Source: Amoebidium appalachense
Lineage: Eukaryota > Protista > Ichthyosporea
Assembly (NCBI GenBank): GCA_963693365.1
Contig: CAVNZM010000005.1
Span: 12,113,728-12,177,727, forward strand
Direction of reading: 5' to 3'
Length of the DNA stretch: 64,000 nt
This document shows positions 1-35,737 of the stretch, piece after piece. The notes beneath the pieces are model-generated. The model was not told where the DNA came from, did no database searches, and was given only the letters and a program-made list of their open reading frames with translations. The position numbers were made by a program, and so were the translations under genes. The stretch's first letter is position 1, and the number at the start of each line of letters is the position of its first letter.

Positions 1-58
1 TACAGCAATCTTGATTGATGATTATTAGCTTATGATAAACGAGCGTGACCCCAAATGT

Positions 59-146
59 ACCCAATCAATTTCTGCGTATCAAACAGTTGATAAATTCCTT
101 TGACTTGAAACCAATCAAGGCAACTCAATATAGGTCAACCAATCAC
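59..146 (+). promoter_or_regulatory. Cluster of three CCAAT boxes (CCAATCA), candidate promoter upstream of the aldolase gene
   Basis: ccaatca at ~61, ~111 and ~139, regularly spaced in otherwise non-repetitive DNA. Function is inferred only. Confidence 0.3.
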
Positions 147-1107
147 AACGCCCAAATCTGCCGTCAGGGCGCGAAAGCTCCCCGACGGTCAGGCTAGGGG
201 CATAAAAAAAAAAAAAAGAAAAGAAAGAAAGAAAGGAACGAAGTGTCTGTGTGCAGGTGTTTGCTGTAGGGTTGAACGTGTCTTTAAGGGGCTGTTACAC
301 ATAAAGGTACGCTTTAATTTTAGTGCTATTATAATAACTGCTACGCATTCACTGTTGTCACCAACGTGGCACATGCTCTGTGGTTTCTGGCAGTCACATT
401 TTACGTGTGTGGCATGTTTTTCTCCCATGGGAAAGGAGTCTCGGAGGTAGAACTCGTATCTGCTCGCTTCTGTGAAGAGCCTGTAATCTTACACCTACTC
501 GTATGTATGCATAAGACAGGTTCTGTGCAATTGAATCTTTGAAAAGTGTGCATCCTCAGACTGAGAGCCGAATTAGGATGCCTTGACCGAAGATCCATCC
601 ACGTTTCAAGGTTTTGCTTTTTACATGGTAGCGCTTGTGCGGGTGTGGTAGCATGCTTGTTTTTATTACTGGCTTTTAGCGAAACGGCGCTAAGTTTCGC
701 ATGGGTTTGTCTTGCTGTTATGCATCATCCTCTTTTTCAGTTTTCAAGTGTTAGTGTGTGAGATCTGTTGGTCTTTGAGGCAGCTGCAAATTATATGCGC
801 GCGGCAGCTTTGTTTAGTATCATGGTACAGTCCTTCGCATAAGATATGAGGTTCCAACAAAGTTTCACCAGTATTTGTACTGTTATCGGCCTTATATTCA
901 TCCCTCAGATAGCTTCCCATCAGTTTTCCTCTCCCTGCCACCCCCCCCCCCCCCCCCCTCCCCCTCCCCCCCTTCCCTGCTTCCTCCCCAATTTTTTCAC
1001 ACACACCGTGACACTCACTCACTCACTCATTCACGCACGCACGCACACACACACACATACCACCCACCAACACAGCTACTAATACACAACACCCCCTCAG
1101 CTCGAAG

Positions 1108-6720
<5,613 letters not shown>

Positions 6721-7162
6721 GCCAATGGGTGAGCTTGCAATATAGCCTTATATGGTTGTGCCATGCCAAATTGGCGAATATGTTGAGGTATAACCAGTCT
6801 CTTTGTAGCTTATGATGTTGATCCCTCGGGTACCTTTTTAATGTATGTTCTTGCTGACTTAGAGCAATACTAACCCTCTAATATCAGGCCTTAACGTGAT
6901 ACTGACAAATTGATGTAGATATATGCCATATTAGCAGGCGCCCGAACATGGACAGGTCTAAGGGAGGGACAGTCCCGCCCAGAAAGGGTTATACGCACGT
7001 GTTTGCTTATTGTGTACTTTATCACGGACAGTAGTGACTTATAATTACGGCTGCTACTGCCTTGTAATATCAATGGTGTTTTTCAATAGATGCACAAGTG
7101 GGTGGGGGTGTATTCCCGTTTAACTCAAGGTGCTGGCTCCTAAACTATGTATACCCCCGGCT

Positions 7163-7205
<43 letters not shown>

Positions 7206-7339
7206 ACTCCCCCCTCTTCCCCCCCCCCCCCCCCACATCTTTACTTCCATGCAACCGGGCATGGTTGCTCTGTGTCGTGCATCTGTAAGCACATACGCGT
7301 TTGTCGCTGCACTGCATTAGTTTGCACACACATCTTCAC

Positions 7340-7633
7340 CGTTTTGCTCACCTTGCTTGCATAAGCAACCCTGCTCGTCTTTGATCAAGACGGGTTGACC
7401 CACCCAAGTTCAGTTGATGCTGCTGTCTGAGTTGGAGCGTCGTATATACGCGGGCTAAGGGGTCGAAACTCAGACGCAATTGATGACTTGGGCCCTCCCT
7501 GAGGATGGGCTCTGCTTATGACGCATACTGTGCGCATGGCTGATGCTGCATACTTGAATGTTTGCCTTTGCATGTGTCCTGCATCATGCTTCTCATCGTC
7601 TATGCGTACTTCGTACTGTGTTCCGCATTCAAA
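7340..7633 (+). mobile_element. Longest copy of the dispersed repeat (candidate SINE-like element with 5' extension)
   Basis: Core 7487-7633 matches subfamily A. The upstream 7340-7486 is homologous to the reverse complement of 22420-22530 (shared GCATAAG, CTGAGTTGGA, GTCGAAACTC, GATGACTTGGG). Confidence 0.6.
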
Positions 7634-7988
7634 CCCCCCCCCCCCCCCACCCCTCCCCACTTCCCCCCCCCCCCCCTTCCCCCACCCAGCCACTCACCCA
7701 TATCCCAGCCCATCTAAAAGCTCTTTCGTCCTCCTTTAGCTAATTAGATCTCGATACTTGTCCTGACTAAGGATACATTCCATTCCGGGCGTCCACTGGG
7801 GTAACCGTTGTGTGATTGTGTGAGGGTGAGCTCGACAGGCCGTGTGTATGACTCATGAATGAAAGCCTTCGAGCTCAGATCCGATTGGATCCAGACGATA
7901 GTGTATGCGGCGCCAACGCCTCCTCTCCCCTGCGCCTTGATACATTCGCAGTACTGTCACGGTGTAACGCTAAGTGTGCACGCATGCT

Positions 7989-8031
<43 letters not shown>

Positions 8032-8776
8032 CGCCCTGCCCCGCTTGCTGCAGTCATGACCCCGCGGACCTAATATTTATTTTTTTTGAGCTCGTCGCCT
8101 GCATAAACCTTTTTAGTTGAAAGGAACACTGCTAATTAGCGCTTAGCACATGGCATTATTATACTCCATGTTGGGCAACACTTCATTGATGTATACGTCA
8201 CATGACCCCTTGCCGTTTTCTGTACGTACAACGGTTTACAAAACTGCATAAGCTCAGCGAGAGCTGTCTTGTAGGGACTCGGGATGAGGGAAGGAAGGGA
8301 TAGGTGTGTCTGTGTGTCTGTGTGTTACGGTGTGTGTGTGTGTGTGTGCGTGTGTGTGTGTGTGTGTGTTTAAGGGGAGCGGGGGGGGGGGGGGGGGGGG
8401 GGGGGGAGAGAGAGATCGGTTACTTTCGTAAAATGGACAGCCCAGCTAGTAGGCTCGGGGCCCGGATCGAATGAAGAGCCAGATGTCGGAAATGTACATC
8501 TTATCGATATCATCACTACTAGGCAAAGAAAAAACTGAAGCTATTTGTCTAAACTGCCTTTTCATCATACATATTTTCAATAAAATTTAGGTATATTGTA
8601 ATCACGGCTCGTAGCAGCTTCAAGGAAGCCCTACATTTGGAGATCACATTTCTCAAATTCAAACACCGCCAACCGTTGGGCAGCCAATCAAATTACAGAT
8701 TTATATTTAAAGCTTACACGGCCAGGTTGTCCTACGTGCATATCATAGATCTGCATATGGTGCGAGTTTCTCTCTC

Positions 8777-8849
<73 letters not shown>

Positions 8850-9162
8850 CATATGCTTGTTTGCATGCGTAGCTAATGGTAAGTGGCTTGCACGTTTCGA
8901 AAGTACATAACATGTATGCGGAGAGTATGCAAAATCTCGAGCATTCATGTCAAGTTGAAAAACCGAGTCGAATAGTTATCAAACGGAGGATGTTCACAAG
9001 CATTCATCCAGTTTGAACAGGCAGAGATGGCATGTGTCCCAAAACCCTTTCCTATCCTTGGCATCCTCGTGATGTTCTCTGTCTTCTGTTTCTCAAATGT
9101 ACAAAATACATCATCACGAGATGTGTGTGTGTGTGTATGTGTGCCGTGTGTGGGTGTGTATG

Positions 9163-9216
<54 letters not shown>

Positions 9217-9325
9217 CTCAATAAACCACAGGTACGAGAGCTGTAAATGCCCACAAAAAGCAATCGAAAAGCCACAAAGACACAAAAATACACCAAAAAG
9301 CAACCAAAATAAACACACCACTCAC

Positions 9326-15261
<5,936 letters not shown>

Positions 15262-17081
15262 GTTTCGAACCTCGCAAAAACACAGCCGTAGAAACACTTA
15301 CTAAAAGTGATCACTGAAACAAACACCCCAAAGAGCACCTCTGGCGCCGTGTATACCAAATTCAGCTTTAGAATTAAGGCTCCGTGATACTTGCACAATG
15401 AATTCACACATGCCGCACCCCCCGCGGATAAGAAAGTGGACGTTATGATCAATTGTGTTCCTCGTCAAACTTAGCAACCCGAGTTTAGGTGCTTGCAAAA
15501 AAAAAGAGTTTGGAGCGAAAATTATGGTAAGAAAAATGACTGGCTTCGTGGGAAAAATGAACACGAGGCAACCCGTAGGTTACCCAGGAAAGTAAATACA
15601 AGAGTGAGAAAAAGCCAGAAGAAAAGTGGGGAAAAAATGTTCGTCAGGGCGGGCCATTTGCCCGCTACAAACACGGGATCGTCTCCTACAACCTGAGTAT
15701 TGGGGTTCTAAGTTATAATAGTAAATTCCAATAAGTATAAAATATTTTATGTATTTGTAATTTGCCGAACCTTGTCCATGCTATTGTAGGAGCAAGGGAG
15801 ACAAGCGAGAAGCCTCCGAATCCAATCATATTATCAAATAGAATCCCCATAGAGAACCCTGTCGCCGGCGCAGCGGGTCCGAACGAACGCTTCCCCACTG
15901 CAGTGAAATAGAGACCAAAGCTACAGGAAACAGAAGTTAACAATGTGTATGTGTGCAAGCACTTGTAGGTAGTTTCTGTTTAAAGCTTGGTTGCGTAAAA
16001 CTGACGTGTTACTGTAGACGCCACTCTAGAATAAGAAAACCCCGGAGATGCTGGGATCATCATGCAGCACTACTGTATAGCTAGCTAGGGGATTGTGACC
16101 ATATTCCTAATTTCTTTTAGTTTATATAAATGTACAAGCAAAGCACACAAAATTAACGCATGCATATCGCTGTGCAGCAGTTTGAATGGCGATATGCGCA
16201 TATGAAGAGGTAACACGTGGGAAAAGCATTGGTTAGTAGCGCACACATCCTGCGCATAGCGATCCACGGCACCCTAAAGCCATGTACCACAACTGTGGCA
16301 TAACATCAACTGCAAACACTAACTGCATACCCTACTTGAGCTACCCATGAGTTCTGCTTTATAAAAAAAAATAGCCGTTAGATGTAGCGCAAGCGTAGCC
16401 AGTGTCAAATATACAAACGCATGCCCTTGACTCCCGCCTGTGTGCAGAAATGAAATCAGAAGGCATAAGGCAACACTTCGGCAGCTGTGCCAGCGAATGC
16501 CCATGCCCGTGCTAGGAGGCCTTTGTTCCTTCTGCAAGCGTAATAAGAGTTGTATCGTTATGCACACGTAGAGTGAGCGTTAACGACAAACAATAAGCAA
16601 CTCAAAACTCCTGCTAGGGCCTGCACGAGGACTTGGGCAACCCATAACCTCACCCTCATGTCATTGACCTACTTGCAGGGTTGTGCTGCTAGTGAATTCG
16701 AACATCGTCTAGTAGACTAAAGCGCTAGGCCATCGTCTCCAGCCGCATATACTAAACTACACCTGATTCACACCTCCCTCTCTCATATGAAGCATTTACC
16801 CGTCACCTTTGCCGTCATCCGCGGGGCTGCTGACTGAGTGCGCGCTGAGTCCACCAGTAGAGGTGTCACTGTGTGATTTTTACGCAAAATGGTGTGAGCC
16901 ATGATGCTCGGGAGCCTCGGAGCTCATCAATGCTACATACTATGTTGGCTACCCCCTCCTCCTCCGCCAGCAAAATTCCTTCTCTTCATGAGTTTCTGTT
17001 GTGAAGTAGGCCTGCTAGCGCTAAACATTACGAAAGTCTCACAACATACACATAGAAAAGACACACGTCAAGTCCACCACT

Positions 17082-18273
17082 ATGGTGCTCGTCACGTTGG
17101 GCATTGAGGGGACCTGGTTCGCCAAGGTTCTCCCCTCTCTAATCACCATGCTCGCCATGACTTCCGCTCTTACGGCAGTTCGTTTCGCACAGCAAGATCA
17201 ACTGGAATACGCATGTTGGTCGCTTCTTGCCTCGGCCATTTTTGATGGTTTAGACGGGCATGTGGCACGTGCTTTGAAGGCTGCATCTGCTTTTGGTGCA
17301 GAGTTGGATTCCTTGTGTGATTTGGTCGACTTTGGCGTGGCTCCAGCACTAGTTTTGTACCAGTGGTGTAGGTTTGAAGGGCCGCGTTTAGCTACTGAAC
17401 TGGGGCTCAACTCTGAGGATACACCTTGGCATGCAAGTGAGAATTTCGTGTGGATTACTTGCATGTTTTACGCTGCCTGTTGCGCATGCCGTCTCGCCCG
17501 CTTCAACCTCTCGAACGAGCCTCCTGTTCCTCAGCCCCCACACAGCACCCACTTTGTGGAAGAAATTGAAGAGGATGAAGTCGTGGTGGTGAAGGGAGGA
17601 AAGAAGAAGATTGTTCGCCAACGGAAAGTTAGTCAGAGGGCGCTGATTGACGATGATGGTCAAGAGGCCGAGGGGGAGGTGGAACGTGAAAGGACCCCGG
17701 CACCTGGTAAGAAGGATTCGGCCAAGAAGGAAGGAAATGAGGAAAACGATGTTGACTCCAAGTGGCTGGACGCATACATAAATAGGCGCAAGTTCTTTGA
17801 GGGCGTACCTGCTCCCATGGGGGCGTATCTTGCGCTCACACCGTTGATGTATTGGTTCCAGTATGGTTATCCCTATTCTACGGTAAGTGTAACGTTTACA
17901 GTTGTGTGACTAGTTTTGCTTGTTGCTTGGTTGGAAATGGAAAGGGAACAAGGTTTGGAAGCAAAATGAGGGTGTGCACGGATTTTTCTACCTGATCAGT
18001 GGTGTAGCGCTCTTGAGCCGGTGCCTTTTTGTGAGAGCGGGCAGAATTGGGGTCAGAGAAGATGAACATGAAATGCCATGTTCAGAAGAGGAAGTTGCAC
18101 TGTCGATGTCTGTGTGTGCATGCTTCTAAGGGGCTTGGCTGGTTTTTTGTGTTTGTGGTGGGCAATGGAGGGGAAGAGTGCCACGTTCACAGGTTCTGCC
18201 TATGTTGTTGCTGTTACTAGTCAGACATGTCCTCTGTTTTTCTGTTTGGTTCTTACCACCTGCTGTCCCAAAG

Positions 18274-18316
<43 letters not shown>

Positions 18317-18655
18317 TTCCCCCCCTCCCTTTCGACCCTCTCCTCCCTCTTCTCCTCTGAGACTCTTTGCCCCCCCTCCGCCTCTCCTCCTCTCCGCTGT
18401 AACGCGTATCACCTGTGTGTGCTCTTTTGGCAAGTTACTGCGTTGTGTTGCAAGTCGTGAAAGTGCACTTGATACTTTGTAACCACCTCTAAAACCCCCT
18501 CCCTCCCCTCCTCGCCCCTCTCCCCCCCCCTCCCCCCCCCAAACACACACACACGCTAATAGTGCATTGTGTTGTCCATCGTGAACGTGTGCTTTGTACT
18601 CTATAACCCATTATAACCTGCGCTCCCCACCCGGCCCCCCTCCGCCTCTCCGTCC

Positions 18656-18703
<48 letters not shown>

Positions 18704-19284
18704 CATCCGCCCCTTCCCCCTCCTTCTTCCCCTTGCCTACCCCCTCCCCTCCCCTTCCCCCCCCCTTATCCCCTTCACCCTCCCCTTCTCACCAAATTCC
18801 ACACTTCCTCTCCCGGGCCCGTCTCGAGACAACGATACCATCTATAACCCTTGTTTACCCCCCCCCCCCACCCACCCACCCAGCCCTCCTCCCCCCTTCT
18901 CCCACCCCCATCTCTCCGTCTCCCTCTCTCCATACCCATATTCCCCATTTCCTCTCGTGCTATGCCCAGGTTCGTCTCGAGACCCTTGTAGCATCAACAT
19001 TCATCATCGTTGGCCTTTTGATGATCTCCACCCTCCGCACATTCTCTTCCAAGATGCTCATCCGCGGCCCCGTTCGCCCCAAGGATCCTCACACGTCGCA
19101 TCTCCGATCTCGCACATTTGCGAGTGCGATTGCTAAGTTGGCGGCTGTGGGTGTGTTTGGGTTTGTGCTGGTGACGGATCCGTGGAGAACCCTGCTTGCT
19201 ATTACGACCATCTATGTGGTGGCACTGCCCCTGGGCCAAGTGTGTTATAGTATCATGTTGACGGATGCTCACGCTGCACATTAA
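17082..19284 (+). CDS. pssA: CDP-diacylglycerol--serine O-phosphatidyltransferase-like (CDP-alcohol phosphatidyltransferase), 2 exons, ~371 aa
   Basis: Exons 17082-17882 (GTAAGT donor) and 18970-19284. Signature DGLDGHVAR-x7-GAELDSLCD, plus FGVAPA, RLARFN, FFEGVPAP, LLMIS and several hydrophobic helices. Confidence 0.88.
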
Positions 19285-19548
19285 AAGAGGAAGGTATGTA
19301 TATGTACACGTGCACACATGCACACACACACATACATACACACACGTAGTTGCACGAACGTGCACATATCGCAATAGCTTTGCATGTATGTATGGGGGGG
19401 GGTGGACTGTCGTCCTGGGGGGTAAGGAAGAGGGTGCATTATGTGTTAGGGCTGGAGGGGGGGGTGCGGGGGAAGAGAGGGAGATGGGTGGGTGTTTGGG
19501 GGGGGGGGGGGAGGGGATGGGGCGGAGGGAGGCGGAGAGAGGGAGGAA

Positions 19549-19589
<41 letters not shown>

Positions 19590-19604
19590 TGTGAAGAGGG
19601 AGGT

Positions 19605-19682
<78 letters not shown>

Positions 19683-19733
19683 GTGTGAGAGGAGGGAGAG
19701 AGGGAGGAGCACAGGCCGCCCGGGGAAGGGAGG

Positions 19734-19764
<31 letters not shown>

Positions 19765-19810
19765 ATGCTAAAGGGTCGAGCCTGAGAGAGGAGCCGGTTT
19801 TTTTTTTTTT

Positions 19811-19862
<52 letters not shown>

Positions 19863-20656
19863 AATGGGAAACTTCTAATCCCTCTTCTATCCCCTTACAG
19901 GTGTGGCCTCTTGGATATCCCACACCCGATTGCATGACAACCAGCTTTGATTGGACGGCGTGGGGTCAATGTCAACGGGATTAGATATCCAACTGATTTG
20001 ATATTTCGAATTTTCAACTCTATAACTACAGTGCGCAGATTGGCGCGTTTGCGTAAGTTTGATATGATTTGCATGCATGTACTATCGCTGTTTTCTGCCC
20101 CTCTATATGTAGTTCCCTCTCACCTTTTCCTTATGTTCCACTTATTTGATATACATGCACGTAAGAACAATTTATTTTTCTAGGCATTTTCTCTTGATAA
20201 TATGCCAGCATAGGTACAGATTTTTCCCTTGAGAATTACAGGTAAATTGTTTCGTATTTACAGGCATGCTAGGGCCAATGTGCGGGTGTACGGGGCGACA
20301 AATGGAGTTTTTGAGTGCTTAGCGGTACCGCCCGTTTATTTGCCATAACAAATTTCAAGGATATACTGACTCTTCAAGAGTATTCGCCCAGTGACTGTAA
20401 CTCCAGGCTTTAGTCTTAGTACCTCAAGGCTTTCATTTATGTTGCATCATCAATTTCTTCATTTTCGTGTAGGGTTTTAGGCTACACAAATACGTATCAT
20501 AACATTCGGTGATAATTTTCCATGCATATACGGTAATTTAAAAGGTATAACGAAATACAATAAAAGTTTTTGGACATACCGACGGTTGTGTTGCCTATTT
20601 ACAATGATTGTGCACGTGCATTTGCATTTGTGTGCAAACCAAAACTGCCACACACA

Positions 20657-20696
<40 letters not shown>

Positions 20697-20766
20697 AACA
20701 CAAACACAAACACACACACACACACACACACACGCGCGCGCGCACACACACACAAGCACACACACA

Positions 20767-20815
<49 letters not shown>

Positions 20816-21578
20816 ACACACACACTCCCCCACCCGCACCCCACGCAAACAGCAACCCCCCCTAAAATCACAACAGAAAACATCGAACATCTATCTCCAA
20901 GGGCAACTAACAAATTGTTTGTACAAGGAAAACAAGGGAACGTCTTGTCTCTAAACAAAAACACAAAGACACCCCTATCATGCGCATATACCAATGCATG
21001 GCTGTATACGTATACACACTTATGTGCTCACTGTGTGAATGTGTTTTGTTCTAGCATGTGCGTGCGTAGCCGGCTATTCAAAGGCACCACATCCACTACC
21101 ACCTACAACCATAACATTATCACGGCTCTATAAACTTTCGCATATTTCGACCTGATACATCATAAAACCCCACAAAAACATAACCAATCGTAGCAATATT
21201 TCGCTCTTAAAGCGACCTTCCAACCAATGCGAGCACCCGATCATACAATCGAACAAAAAAACGACGTGATACGCCAGACTTGCAGCCCCATGTATATGTG
21301 TGTGGGTGCTCTGAGTGTGTGAGAGAGCGTGCGTGTATTTATTAGGTGTGTGTGTGCCTGTGTGTGTGTGTGTGTGTGGTGGCTGGGGGAGGGGAGGGGG
21401 GAGGGGAAATTCCCAGACCCTTTTCTTTCAAACCTGTGTTGAACATAACAACACGCCATTCCATCCTCACTTACCAACACTTCTATACAACACACGCGTG
21501 CATTACTTACACGTACACATTGCACGTCAATCCACACGTCCATTCACGCACATGTGTCCCTCTCCCTTTCCATTTCCA

Positions 21579-32238
<10,660 letters not shown>

Positions 32239-32302
32239 GCCGAATTAGTAAAGGGCAATAAAACATATTACTTATTCTTCTACAAAGACGACGGTGGAAG
32301 GT

Positions 32303-32344
<42 letters not shown>

Positions 32345-32376
32345 ACGCGCGCGCGTGTGTTTTTTTTTTTTTTTTT

Positions 32377-32436
<60 letters not shown>

Positions 32437-32551
32437 GGGGAAAGGGGTATTTACAACTTCACAAACCAACCCCCAAAATATACACCCACACCCAATTGAA
32501 CTCGACACGATGGTGACCAGGCGAGAGGGTGGGAGGGCGCAGCCGGGGGAA

Positions 32552-32591
<40 letters not shown>

Positions 32592-33104
32592 CTACAAGAA
32601 GTTTGTATGCCCATAGACCTACTCCATGCACGCACACTTACGTCTTACACCCTAACCCCCCTCCCCCCCCCCCCCTCCCTCCCCCCCTATACACAAACAC
32701 ACAGTAGAAAATCACAGACAAACAGGAGAACCCACACATAACCCAACGACCGTCCTGTCTGTTTACTCCCACAAAACAAAACTAACGATACCCTTAACCC
32801 CCCAGCGCTGTGAAATATAAAATCCACTTACAGAACAACCCTACCTCTCCCCCACCCCACATCAGCACGACTACCTATCCTCCCCGGCAGAAAGAGCGCA
32901 CGCACGCAATCGCATACCCGCACGTACGCATGCCGCACCCACGCACCCACGCACACACGCACGCCGCACACACGCACACACGGACTAGAACGCACACTTG
33001 CACGTAAATTCGCACCACCGTGTGCACAAGCACCCACGCACAAATGCACCAACACACACGCACACAAACCCTCCTCCGAACCCCTCCCCCCCCCCCCCCC
33101 CCCC

Positions 33105-33141
<37 letters not shown>

Positions 33142-33502
33142 CCACCCACACACACAAACACACCTATCACCCCTGCTTACACAGATGCAAAAAAAACAAA
33201 CACAAAAAACCTTCAATTATGCACTCAATATGCTGCCTGTCAAATTGTTTAGTGCCATTAAAAGTGCATACACACTTAAAACACCCAAAAAATTTATGTA
33301 TAACTGCATAAATTATTGGTTTGCAATTGTCTACACACAAAGAACACATATACTCACGCGATTAAAACACAAACATGCAAATAAAGAAGTGCGCCCACAC
33401 GCATACAACATTTTTCCAATCTGAAAATACCCCTTGCAAACAGTAGTTCAGATAGAAAACAAACGTGATCTTAGTTAAAACACACGAGGCACTCGTGCAC
33501 AC

Positions 33503-33601
<99 letters not shown>

Positions 33602-34621
33602 CACACACGCACAGACAGTATACAAGTACTCACCCGTATACACACGAACACACTTCGCGACCCAAATGTACACACACAAGCACCCACAATTACCTTTTTA
33701 GCAGAGATTCTCCTAGATGACTTCAGGTGTAGTCCTCTGGTGACAATAGTAGTTGATCACCCCTAGTAGTATTTTCTATTTCTCTGAGAGGAGAATTCCA
33801 ATTTGAGTAGTTTTAAACTCCATCCACTACGCTAGGGAAGTGTAGTGTTATCACCATGCAGCGAGGACGGAATCTTACGAGCACGGGAACATGCGCAAAT
33901 AGTTTGCCACGCGAGTAGTTCGGTGGAGTCTTGTTCGCCACTTTTTCCATAAGAACTATATTACTTATAAGCTGCCCTGTGTTTGAACTGACATTCAGCT
34001 CCCGCTAGCTTAAGTATATTATCCAAGAAAAAACGATGAAAAACAGAACCTTGGCAGCCTTGAACAGACAAACTTCCCTGACCTTTCCCGGCCGTCTCTG
34101 ACTCTTGAGTCTGCGACTCTGCGCAGCTGCGCGCGGCAACCGTCGGACGCAACGCCAACCCAGCCACATGCAAATATATTCTTGGCAAATTTGCAACTTT
34201 TCATTGTACAGTTGGATAGCACAGCCGAAGATAACAAACTGAAATACATATGTATTGCAATATGCACATGCTTTGTGAGCTCTGTAGTGACCATTATTTG
34301 GCAGCGCATTCATAAAGCATATACTTAAGTAAATATATAAAATTTATGCACGTTTCTCGACAAAATAATTCATTGACTAGGTTAGTTGAAAGAATTACAG
34401 TAATGATCTTAGCAATCTCATTGCACTAGATATAACTTGTCCAATTCTGAATGTAAGGACTATATGGAAGATATGCAGCATTCCAGAATCCAGAGTGTAG
34501 ATCTGCGCGCCTGCCGACCGCTCATTGGTGCGTTACTCCTCTCGTTACGTGTCACCTTACGTGTGTGCCAACTTCCAACTGTACTATATATCCATCTGAT
34601 GCCCCGATCGAAATAAAATCC

Positions 34622-34655
<34 letters not shown>

Positions 34656-35737
34656 CACTTCCAAGGTGCTAGCCTTTTTTTTGCACACTTTCTTGAAGGT
34701 TGAACTTACAAAGTTTAACATTTTTCATAGCCAGAAAATATCCCTATTTTGTTTTCAAAGTCATCAGGCACTGTGCAGTACAGTGATCTGCATTCTACAC
34801 ATGCATGTCACACTAAGGGCTGCTGCCACAGTTACATGACAAGTGTGTCTCGTCTAGCCTACGGTAGCACAGGTGTCACTCAAGTTCCCAGCTATCAATA
34901 CTTGCTAGTAACCATAGTGTGACACTAGCAAAAAAAAAGGCAAACCCCTGGTGTGGTCAATTATACGTTTTTGAAGTTTGGTCCCACACGTCAAGTGGCT
35001 AGTGATATTAGCATGATTTTTTTGCCAAACCAGGCATCTGTTGTGCAGCCACATCATGAAATGCATATACTGAGCTCCCTTTGCTCTTCGGTGGCACTGT
35101 TAGGAAACGTTTTGGTACCGGTTGCCAACATTGCCATTAGTTCAATTGAGTTTACTTGAGTAACCAACGCAGCTGGCTTGAACAGTGCTACAGCACCAAA
35201 ACTTAGCTAAAGTCTACGTTCCGGTACCAGCAGGATTATAAACCCATAAGTGGTCCTAGTACGTAGTATTACTTCGCATGCCATTGGTGTTGAAGGTACA
35301 AAAATTTATTTGAATGGACAGGTTTGAATTCGTTGTATCTTTGACCAAATTTCACCGCTCATGTGGTCTCAGAAACATCATGATCATGTGCCAGGCTGTA
35401 GACCATTTCTTTCGTCCGTTCCTGTGTGTGCTTTTGTGCAATATTGTTACATCTTTAATAATAAACAGTGCGGTGACAGGTGCGAAGTTGGGTGTATGTT
35501 GTGACCATGGCCTGAAATAGGGCAGCGACCAATAAAAATAGTGATTGTGTTGTCGCATCTCGAGAGTTCCGGCGACATCAACACCCCAACTATGGTATTA
35601 CGACATCTTGGCGCCACTGATAGCCCCGGTGACTCGAGCTAAACTACTACAAAGGGTGTAAAGAGCTAGATGTCCAGGACTGTCACCCAGATGAGTGTTA
35701 AGGCAATTGGTTGATTTTATCTAAAATGACCAGGAAT

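Noticed and set aside
7460-7512. Hammerhead ribozyme (GAAAC ... CTGAGGA) in the repeat head
   Set aside because: Core-like words are present, but stem II does not close correctly (U after CUGAGGA versus C before GAAA) and no proper stem III/NUH site forms.
33695-33860. Upstream coding exon of the alpha-kinase or stop-codon recoding
   Set aside because: The ATG-initiated frames hit stops before the donor, so at most it is a 5'UTR exon. The assembled exons contain no in-frame stops and end in TAA, TGA or TAG, giving no sign of an alternative genetic code.
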